Assembly: GCA_964402965.1 (NCBI GenBank)
Contig: CAYODY010000001.1
Span: 72,002 to 136,001, forward strand
DNA: 64,000 nucleotides
Direction of reading: 5' to 3'
Source of the DNA: an uncultured Candidatus Saccharibacteria bacterium
Lineage (GTDB): Bacteria; Patescibacteriota; Doudnabacteria; UBA920
Part shown: positions 20,374-28,818 of the stretch, piece after piece
Position numbering within the stretch: position 1 is the stretch's first letter
Layout: each line of letters opens with the position of its first letter
Position numbers and translations under genes: made by a program
The notes under the pieces: generated by a model
Seen by the model: the letters and a program-made list of their open reading frames with translations, nothing else
The model's database searches: none
What the model was told of the DNA's origin: nothing

Positions 20374-21429
20374 TTATTCAATTAAATTTTTAGATTCTTC
20401 CGCAGCAAATTCAGTAACCTCTACTTGCTCCATTTGTAAGGTAGCAGCATTTTTAATGTTACTTTGTAGTTTAGTAAAATCGTTAGCAACAGTACCCATT
20501 GTATTGGCAGAATTCTTAATATGATTAGCAAGAATTCCTAAGTTTCGGCCGAATTTATCGGATTCTTGTTGGATTCCAGAAACCATATGCAAAAGCTTTT
20601 CAGCAACTTCGTTAACTTGCTGACCACGTAAGGCTATTAAAATAATTTGTAAATGATGGTATAAAGTGTTTGGGCTCACCATGTAGACTTTTTTGTTGCG
20701 GGCGTATTCAACTGTTGCCATGTCTTCTAAAGCTTCATGGAAAACTCCCTCGCTTGGAATGTACATTAGTGCAAAATCAAAAGTTCCTTCTTGAGTAAGG
20801 ATGTATTTTTTGTGAATTTCATCAATTCGCTTGCGAATATCACGTAAAAAAGCTTTTTTCAAATTTTCTGCAGAATCTTCCTCTTTCGCTTCTTTGTACA
20901 AACGAAAATTTTCCATGGAGAATTTGCTATCTATAGAAAGAATTTTGTCTCCTACGAAAACAGCCATGTCTACAATTTCACCGTTGCTAAATTTATACTG
21001 GGCTTTGTATGAATTTTTATTTAGCACTTGGGAAAGCATGTTCTCTAGCATTTCTTCACCAAAGTTTCCGCGTGCTTTTGGCGAGGCCAGAACTTCGGAC
21101 AAACGACGAATGTCTGGACCAATTTGCGACATTTCTCCAAGTCTTCCTTGTAGCGCACCAATTACTTTTGCGGCATTATCAAGGCGCTCGTTGATGTCTT
21201 TATTAGTCGCAGAAATAGACTTTTCCATAGCATCTTTTGTGGCTTCTGTACCGGTTTTGATATCGCGCATCCATTCCATCATTACTTTCATATTAGTGTC
21301 GTCAACTGGTTTCTCGGCCGACTTTTTGAGCGTCGAAAGCATATACAAAAGAACGCCGAATCCGGCCACAAGTAAAGCTATGATGATATATAAAAATGTT
21401 GTCATATGGTTAATTATAGCAGAGGGCAC
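20374..21429 (-). CDS. rmuC: DNA recombination protein RmuC
   Basis: N-terminal TM, a long coiled coil, and a C-terminal RmuC domain (GNFGEEMLENMLSQVL, SIDSKFSMENF). 351 aa. Confidence 0.7.
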   Translation of the reverse strand: MPSAIINHMTTFLYIIIALLVAGFGVLLYMLSTLKKSAEKPVDDTNMKVMMEWMRDIKTGTEATKDAMEKSISATNKDINERLDNAAKVIGALQGRLGEMSQIGPDIRRLSEVLASPKARGNFGEEMLENMLSQVLNKNSYKAQYKFSNGEIVDMAVFVGDKILSIDSKFSMENFRLYKEAKEEDSAENLKKAFLRDIRKRIDEIHKKYILTQEGTFDFALMYIPSEGVFHEALEDMATVEYARNKKVYMVSPNTLYHHLQIILIALRGQQVNEVAEKLLHMVSGIQQESDKFGRNLGILANHIKNSANTMGTVANDFTKLQSNIKNAATLQMEQVEVTEFAAEESKNLIE

Positions 21430-21469
21430 ATAAACCAGCTACTGAATCTATTTAATGCCTCTTAAACCC

Positions 21470-21498
21470 AAAACACGCCCCTCTAGAAGGCGTGTTTT
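21470..21498. terminator. bidirectional terminator-like hairpin flanking the R-M module (left side)
   Basis: AAAACACGCC-cctctagaa-GGCGTGTTTT, a perfect 10-bp stem. Its core ctctagaagg is shared with the hairpin at 23643-23672. Confidence 0.65.
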
Positions 21499-21592
21499 CG
21501 GAACTTTGTTAAGTTATATCAGCTTTAACAGCTGTATTAATTATATCAGGCTATTAGGCACGCGCAAGGGCTTGGGCTGTGGATATTCTCGT

Positions 21593-22612
21593 TTATTTTC
21601 CCAATTTTTTTAATGTGCCAAGAGTCAATAAACTAGCAGGATATATTGTGCTAATTTTTTGCATGTATTCTTTGGAATTATAGATTTCATCACTAACAAA
21701 TGTTATAACGCCGTAATTGGCAATTGATTTTGCCTTTTCTTCGGTTAAATCTAAACCAAGTGTTATTTGAATCATAACGTCAATTTTACTCATCTGAACA
21801 GTTTTTATAAATTGTTTATACCTCTCTCTTAGAGTTCTTTTGGCACCAATTCCGTATACTTTATTCTTTATTTTAAAGAAAAAGTCAAATTCTGTTGAAC
21901 TGTCTGCTTTGTCATGAGTTTTTGATATGTCATTTGCTTTTATCCCCAAACTAATAAGGATATTATATATTCTGTCTTCATAATTTGAACCTGCATCGGA
22001 TAGAATCGATTGATTGATACTTTCTGAAAACATTAACATAAACATCTGATTTGGTTCCAATCCTTTAGTTTTTAGGAATCTATAATCATGAAATAGAGAA
22101 TTAACATATTCTTTAGTTGATTGAGAAATGAAACTTGTATCTTTATCTTCAAGCTTTGAAAAAAACAATAGAGAGAGTAAAGCGCCATTAACTCTAGTGT
22201 AATATGGTTTGCTTTTTGAAATCGTGTCGTATTCGACTGAAAGTTGATTTACATTTTGAAGTGAGGATAAGTTAGATATATCTCCAACTTTGGCTTCAGC
22301 GAGCAGTAAAGGTTTAATTTGAATTAATTTAAGTGAGAAAACAAAAGTGATTAAATCAGTAGTATTTTTAACTTGATACATCATGGCAGTAAGCCCTACT
22401 TTTTTAGTTTCTGAAAGCTGGTCTATTAAATTAATAAATATTGCTTTAATTTGATTGAGTGATAGTTTGGAGTTAGAAAAGTATGCTTCCAAGAATTTAT
22501 TGATTTCATTATCCGATAATTTAATAGCACCATTAAGCTCCTTTAAGAAAAAATATAGATTAAAGTTAGCATCAAGCTTATTCCTTTTAATTTTGACCTT
22601 ATTTATTTTCAT
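21593..22612 (-). CDS. candidate type II restriction endonuclease (unassigned family) cognate to the adjacent m5C methyltransferase
   Basis: 339-aa ORF with no recognisable housekeeping motif. Its start overlaps the methyltransferase stop by 14 nt (translational coupling). The call rests on genomic context only. Confidence 0.4.
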   Translation of the reverse strand: MKINKVKIKRNKLDANFNLYFFLKELNGAIKLSDNEINKFLEAYFSNSKLSLNQIKAIFINLIDQLSETKKVGLTAMMYQVKNTTDLITFVFSLKLIQIKPLLLAEAKVGDISNLSSLQNVNQLSVEYDTISKSKPYYTRVNGALLSLLFFSKLEDKDTSFISQSTKEYVNSLFHDYRFLKTKGLEPNQMFMLMFSESINQSILSDAGSNYEDRIYNILISLGIKANDISKTHDKADSSTEFDFFFKIKNKVYGIGAKRTLRERYKQFIKTVQMSKIDVMIQITLGLDLTEEKAKSIANYGVITFVSDEIYNSKEYMQKISTIYPASLLTLGTLKKLGK

Positions 22613-23603
22613 GTTTTTGCAAGGTATTAATAATCTGTTTTGCTAATGTTTTGATTACAGGCACTGCAACGCTGTTACCGAATTGTTTATACATTTGATT
22701 ATCGCTATTTGGCAAAACAAAAGAATCTGGAAACCCTTGGAGTCTTGCAGCCTCTCTAGGTGTTAATTTACGAGGGTTTTTATTTTTTTGTTCAATTAAA
22801 ATTTCAGATCCGTCTTTGTAATATCTTGCTGATATTGTACTGGTATACTTGGATTTTCTGTTAAACAAAGAATAGCCAAAACCATTACCTTTTTCTCTAT
22901 GTTCTTTTTTTCTTCTTTGGTGTCCTGCCCATAATTTATCAGAAATTGTATACTTAGGATCAATTTTCTTTTCAAGAATATCTCCTAATTTTGTTGCAGG
23001 TTTTGGTTCATCTGGAAAAGTAAATTCTATATTCCCTTTAAAAGCAACAATGTAAATTCTAACTCGATTTTGAGGCAAACCAAAATCTTTAGCATTATAT
23101 AATCTATGATAAACTTTATAACCCATATCCTCTAGGGTAGAAATAATCACTTTTAAGGTATTCCCTTTGTCGTGGCTTGCTAAATTCCTAACATTTTCTA
23201 AAAATACAACCTTTGGTTTATGGTGTTTAACTATTCTCGCTATATCAAAAAATAAGGTTCCGCGAGTATCTTCAAAGCCTTTTTTTAGACCTGCTTGAGA
23301 AAATGGCTGACATGGAAAGCCTGCTAATAACATATCGAAATTTGGAATTTCTTCTGGAGATATTTTTGTGATATCTCCGTATGGCAATTCGCCGAAGTTT
23401 GCAAGGTATGTCTTTTTCGCTGCCTCGTCCCACTCTGAAGTAAATACGCATTCACCGCCAGCATTTTCAAAACCCATGCGTATCCCTCCGATTCCTGCAA
23501 ACAAATCGATAAAAGTAAATTTAGCAGATTTAATTTTGTTAATAGGTTTAGTAAATAAGTCCCTAATTATAACTTTGCGTTTTAGAACGGTAGTATTTTG
23601 CAT
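22599..23603 (-). CDS. DNA (cytosine-5)-methyltransferase, M.HhaI-like family
   Basis: All C5-MTase motifs are present: I FIDLFAGIGGIRMGF, IV GFPCQPFSQAG, VI VVFLENVRNL, VIII QNRVRIYIVAF, X YKQFGNSVAVPV. The conserved blocks closely parallel M.HhaI; the target-recognition domain differs. 334 aa. Confidence 0.9.
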   Translation of the reverse strand: MQNTTVLKRKVIIRDLFTKPINKIKSAKFTFIDLFAGIGGIRMGFENAGGECVFTSEWDEAAKKTYLANFGELPYGDITKISPEEIPNFDMLLAGFPCQPFSQAGLKKGFEDTRGTLFFDIARIVKHHKPKVVFLENVRNLASHDKGNTLKVIISTLEDMGYKVYHRLYNAKDFGLPQNRVRIYIVAFKGNIEFTFPDEPKPATKLGDILEKKIDPKYTISDKLWAGHQRRKKEHREKGNGFGYSLFNRKSKYTSTISARYYKDGSEILIEQKNKNPRKLTPREAARLQGFPDSFVLPNSDNQMYKQFGNSVAVPVIKTLAKQIINTLQKHENK

Positions 23604-23642
23604 GTATAAATTATAGCATTAGAGCGATAAAGTTTATAGAAA

Positions 23643-23672
23643 AAAACAACCCTCTCTAGAAGGATTGTTTTT
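23643..23672. terminator. bidirectional terminator-like hairpin flanking the R-M module (right side, next to tRNA-Asp)
   Basis: AAAAACAAcCCT-ctctaga-AGGaTTGTTTTT, a 9-bp stem with one mismatch. It shares the ctctagaagg core with the hairpin at 21470-21498. Confidence 0.55.
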
Positions 23673-23681
23673 ATATATACG

Positions 23682-23758
23682 TGGCGGACTGAACGGGACT
23701 CGAACCCGCGACCTCTCGCGTGACAGGCGAGCGCTCTAACCAACTGAGCTACCAGTCC
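23682..23758 (-). tRNA. tRNA-Asp (GUC), CCA encoded
   Basis: The reverse complement folds as a cloverleaf: GGACTGG acceptor, anticodon loop CTGTCAC (GTC), T-loop TTCGAGT, 3' end GCCA. Confidence 0.85.
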
Positions 23759-23828
23759 ATGTTATTTATTGGCGCGAATGCGCTAAAATTTTCTTACACT
23801 TTTATATTTATTTCTATATTGATCGGGT

Positions 23829-23904
23829 TGGTACCGACGACAGGGATTGAACCTGTGACCTAAGGCTTATGAGTCCTTCGCTCTACCAACTGAGCTACGT
23901 CGGC
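23829..23904 (-). tRNA. tRNA-Met (CAU) elongator (tRNA-Ile2 with lysidine not excluded), CCA encoded
   Basis: The reverse complement GCCGACGTAGCTCAGTTGGTAGAGCGAAGGACTCATAAGCCTTAGGTCACAGGTTCAATCCCTGTCGTCGGTACCA folds as a cloverleaf, apart from an A31:G39 mismatch at the base of the anticodon stem. The anticodon is CAT. The C11:G24 pair indicates an elongator type. Confidence 0.8.
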
Positions 23905-24042
23905 TTATTACCCTACTGCGCTACAATTAGACTTGCAATAATTACTCTTGCGCTGTTGCGAATTTTATTGATGCGGCTTATGCTTCTGCATAATTTTTTT
24001 GGTTGCGGGGCCGGGATTCGAACCCGGAACCTCAAGGTTATG

Positions 24043-24694
24043 CATACCACTATAGCTTTCGCTACTCTATCGAAATCGATTCGAAATAGATTTGATGGTC
24101 TGGACTTTCTCTTCATCCATCTATATAATGGATGCCTACCATTAAGTCTCTACACCTTCCTGAAAATCTTCAGGCTTGGCTCGGGATTGCCATCTAACAG
24201 GGTTCCCCGAATTTGATAGGATTCACATCTAAATTACTTTAGATGCAGCCCATAGTGAGATAAGTTCAAAGTTTTCTCGGTAATCAGCTGACTTTGGTTT
24301 ACGTTGACGTTTGTCAGTTTCAACTAAGGTAAGCGTGCTACCAAAACTTATAAATATTTCTACTGGAAAAACGTAAAAAATTCGTTTTTCAGGGATGTAT
24401 ACAATAGCGAAGTCAAAATCTTGTTTATTGTACAAACTTCTTATCATAAATCTGCGATTAGTCTTAGTGCGTCTAACATCAACACAATAGTTTTGATCAG
24501 AAGTGTTAAACCAAGCAGATTTTACTTGAAGTTTTACAAGCTTTCCATTTATATCAACTATTAGATCGTAGGAATGTCTGTCGCCCACAGGCTTCGAAAC
24601 TCCCCATCCAAACTCTAATAGTTTTAGAATAGTGGCTTGTTCAGCTACATCGCCTTTTAGTTTAGTATCCATATAAAGAACTTTCTCGAGATTG
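24043..24694 (-). mobile_element. group I self-splicing intron (~652 nt) carrying a homing-endonuclease-like ORF
   Basis: Reading the minus strand downstream of the ORF shows the group I core elements. P is AAATTCGGGGAACC, Q is GCAATCCCGAGCCAAGCC, R is GTGTAGAGACTTAATGG and S is AGAAAGTCCAGACC. A P6 hairpin (CCTGAAGATTTTCAGG) and a P8 hairpin (CATCCATtatatagATGGATG) are present. The 5' exon ends in U and the intron ends in G, consistent with CU|...G|CAUAA splicing. Confidence 0.75.
24229..24672 (-). CDS. intron-encoded PD-(D/E)xK-fold endonuclease (putative homing endonuclease, cf. I-Ssp6803I of the cyanobacterial tRNA-fMet intron)
   Basis: 147 aa. GDVAEQATILKLLEFGWGV...DRHSYDLIVDINGKLVKLQVKS fits a helix-E / D / (Q)xK restriction-fold core. 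It lies entirely inside the intron, 22 nt after the 5' splice site. Confidence 0.6.
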   Translation of the reverse strand: MDTKLKGDVAEQATILKLLEFGWGVSKPVGDRHSYDLIVDINGKLVKLQVKSAWFNTSDQNYCVDVRRTKTNRRFMIRSLYNKQDFDFAIVYIPEKRIFYVFPVEIFISFGSTLTLVETDKRQRKPKSADYRENFELISLWAASKVI

Positions 24695-24879
24695 AGCCTT
24701 GCGAGCTGCCAATTGCTCTACCCCGCGTCAATATATATACCAAAAGGTACTTGGAGATTATATCACTATTACTAGGATTTGGCAAGGTTTTAGGTAAAAT
24801 TTATCATAAATTTAGTCAAGTAAAACAAAACCGCCCCTTGCGGAACGGTTTCGTCGATTGCTTCGAAGCAATTATCGAA

Positions 24880-25056
24880 TTAACGACGACGCTTCTTAGC
24901 AGCTGGCTTACGCTTTGCAGCTGGCTTACGCTTTGCTACTTTACGCTTAGCTGGCTTTTTAGCGGCAGCTTTTTTAGCTGGACGCTTTGCTACTTTACGC
25001 TTTGCAGCTTTTTTAGCTGGTGCGCGCTTTGCAGCTTTTCGCTTTTTTACGGCCAT
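24880..25056 (-). CDS. small Lys/Ala-rich basic protein (histone H1-like / HU-unrelated nucleoid-associated candidate), 58 aa
   Basis: Minus-strand ORF translates as MAVKKRKAAKRAPAKKAAKRKVAKRPAKKAAAKKPAKRKVAKRKPAAKRKPAAKKRRR. It is missing from the ORF track, probably because it is under 60 aa. GGAGA SD 10 nt upstream; TAA stop at 24880-24882. Confidence 0.6.
   Translation of the reverse strand: MAVKKRKAAKRAPAKKAAKRKVAKRPAKKAAAKKPAKRKVAKRKPAAKRKPAAKKRRR
24890..25050. repeat. tandem/imperfect direct repeats underlying the Lys/Ala-rich ORF
   Basis: Perfect 18-bp tandem duplication agctggcttacgctttgc at 24901-24918 and 24919-24936. The 20-mer cgctttgctactttacgctt occurs at 24929-24948 and 24983-25002. 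ttttttagctgg occurs at 24970-24981 and 25009-25020. Confidence 0.8.
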
Positions 25057-25269
25057 TGTGGCTAGTCTCCTGAGACAAACTATTTTGGGATTGTCTCAAT
25101 TTAATTTCTACTTCCTCACAACCGAAGTTGCGAAGGCTAAGTAGTACAAGTAATTTTTTTCTTTCTGTTTTTCTATCGTTTAGGTTGCGTAATTTTTTTT
25201 ACGCGTTGTTTCTGTTTCTCAGTCGTTACAATTGAACTAACTAAATTATAAAGTTTTTATGAAGTGAAG

Positions 25270-25944
25270 TCAATAGATACTGTGCATAACTTTTTGTAAT
25301 TTATTTATTAAAATTTTATTGTGCAAAGATTTAATTTCTTTTTCTAAACGTAATTTAGAAATATTTTTAGTAGTTGTAAAATATTTTTTTAAAACACTTT
25401 CTGTTTTAGAATCAAATTCAAATTGTAATTTTATTTGAAATCTATATGCTCGAATAATTCGTAATGGGTCTTCTAAAAGTTTTTTAGTTCCATTGCCGAT
25501 TAAACGAATTACCTGGTTTTTTAGATCTTCCAGTCCCCCGTGAAAGTCCAGAATTTCACCTGTGCAAGGGTTGTAATATATAGCGTTTATTGTGAAATCC
25601 CTTCTATTACTGTCTGTTTTTGGACTAGTTATGAATCTTACTTCAGGGAATCTGTTATTGCTGTATCGCTCAGTTCTGAATGTAGATATCTCTACCTTTG
25701 AGTTCCCTTTGTGAGCTACAATAACACCGAATTTTTCATGCGAAGTAGAAAATTTAACTTTATTAAATTTCAGAATTTTTTTAACTTGCTCTGGAGTAGC
25801 GCTTGTTGCAATATCCACGTCTGTAAATTTTCGTTGTAATAAAAAATCACGAACTGCACCGCCAACAAAATATGTTTTCGGATATTCGTGAAAAATTATT
25901 TTTTGAACAAGTAAAGAAAATTTTGGAAACTTTACACTATTCAT
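25270..25944 (-). CDS. minimal tRNA nucleotidyltransferase (CCA/CC/A-adding enzyme family, Pol-beta-like head and neck only)
   Basis: GGAVRDFLLQRKFTDVDIAT (head domain with the two Asp), RRDFTINAIYYN and EDPLRIIRAYRF motifs. Only 224 aa. Confidence 0.75.
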   Translation of the reverse strand: MNSVKFPKFSLLVQKIIFHEYPKTYFVGGAVRDFLLQRKFTDVDIATSATPEQVKKILKFNKVKFSTSHEKFGVIVAHKGNSKVEISTFRTERYSNNRFPEVRFITSPKTDSNRRDFTINAIYYNPCTGEILDFHGGLEDLKNQVIRLIGNGTKKLLEDPLRIIRAYRFQIKLQFEFDSKTESVLKKYFTTTKNISKLRLEKEIKSLHNKILINKLQKVMHSIY

Positions 25945-25947
25945 AAA

Positions 25948-26430
25948 TTATTGTTTGAATACACCTTCACTTGTAATTCTTGTTTTGCGATGAGAGTGTT
26001 TGCGAGCAATATTTATTCGACTTAAGTTACGACGTAAACTCATTGCAGCTAAAGCGTATTCTTCATCAGAAGAAGTCTGTTCCTTAAGAATTTTTTCAGC
26101 TTCTAGCTTGGCTTCTTCTGCTCTATCAAGATCTATTTCGTAAAAATGTTCGGCGGCATCTGCAAGGATTACAATTTCACTTCTGTTTTTACCAGCAACT
26201 TTTTCTTCGGAATGCTTGACTTGTACAAAACCTCCAGCAACGTGGATATTGTAGTCTTCTTGCCCTTCATTTTTAGCTATTAACTCGCCGCTTACTAAAG
26301 TTGCGATGAATGGCACGTGACCTGGTAAAATAGTAATTTGCCCCTCTTCTGTTGGGCAGACCAAACTAGCCACTTCCTCTGTAAGTAGTGAACGTTCGGG
26401 GGTGACTAATTGTACTTTTATAGTATTCAT
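25948..26430 (-). CDS. atpC: F-type ATP synthase epsilon subunit
   Basis: N-terminal beta-sandwich (VQLVTPERSLLTEEVASLVCPTEEGQITILPGHVPFIATL). Position after atpD. 160 aa with a basic C-terminal extension. Confidence 0.85.
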   Translation of the reverse strand: MNTIKVQLVTPERSLLTEEVASLVCPTEEGQITILPGHVPFIATLVSGELIAKNEGQEDYNIHVAGGFVQVKHSEEKVAGKNRSEIVILADAAEHFYEIDLDRAEEAKLEAEKILKEQTSSDEEYALAAMSLRRNLSRINIARKHSHRKTRITSEGVFKQ

Positions 26431-26480
26431 GTTTCTTTAATTTAACAGATGCCTGAAATTATGGTTTTTAAGCTATGGCT

Positions 26481-28807
<2,327 letters not shown>

Positions 28808-28818
28808 TGGTTACAAAT

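Larger units (their letters stand above)
24000..24727 (-). tRNA. initiator tRNA-fMet (CAU) interrupted in the anticodon loop by a group I intron, CCA encoded
   Basis: The 5' exon (24727 down to ~24695) reads CGCGGGGTAGAGCAATTGGCAGCTCGCAAGGCU. The 3' exon (24042 down to 24000) reads CAUAACCTTGAGGTTCCGGGTTCGAATCCCGGCCCCGCAACCA. Joined, they give a cloverleaf with a C1xA72 mismatch and an A11:U24 pair (initiator hallmarks), anticodon stem CAAGG/CCTTG and loop CUCAUAA. The 3' half closely matches E. coli tRNA-fMet. Confidence 0.8.

Noticed and set aside
21593-22612. Tried to assign the 339-aa ORF to a known nuclease fold by locating PD-(D/E)xK, HNH or GIY-YIG motifs by eye
   Set aside because: There is no convincing motif. 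It is kept only as a context-based candidate REase.
23869-24216. Plus-strand 115-aa ORF and minus-strand 67-aa ORF (23913-24116) in the track
   Set aside because: They overlap tRNA-Met and the tRNA-fMet 3' exon and group I intron core, so they are spurious.
24000-24230. Considered tmRNA or a tRNA pseudogene to explain a tRNA-like 3' end (GGTTCGAATCCCGGCCCCGCAACCA) with no 5' half nearby
   Set aside because: The matching 5' half lies 650 nt upstream, beyond an ORF, and the intervening sequence has the group I P/Q/R/S elements. It is too short and lacks a resume-codon/tag region for tmRNA.
24890-25050. Tandem direct repeats, checked as a possible CRISPR array
   Set aside because: The repeats are 18-20 bp with no regular unique spacers and lie inside a coding sequence. 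There are no cas genes.
24751-25065. Plus-strand 104-aa ORF with repetitive WLTLC peptide
   Set aside because: It is the antisense shadow of the tandem DNA repeats. The minus-strand 58-aa Lys/Ala-rich ORF has an SD and a sensible product.
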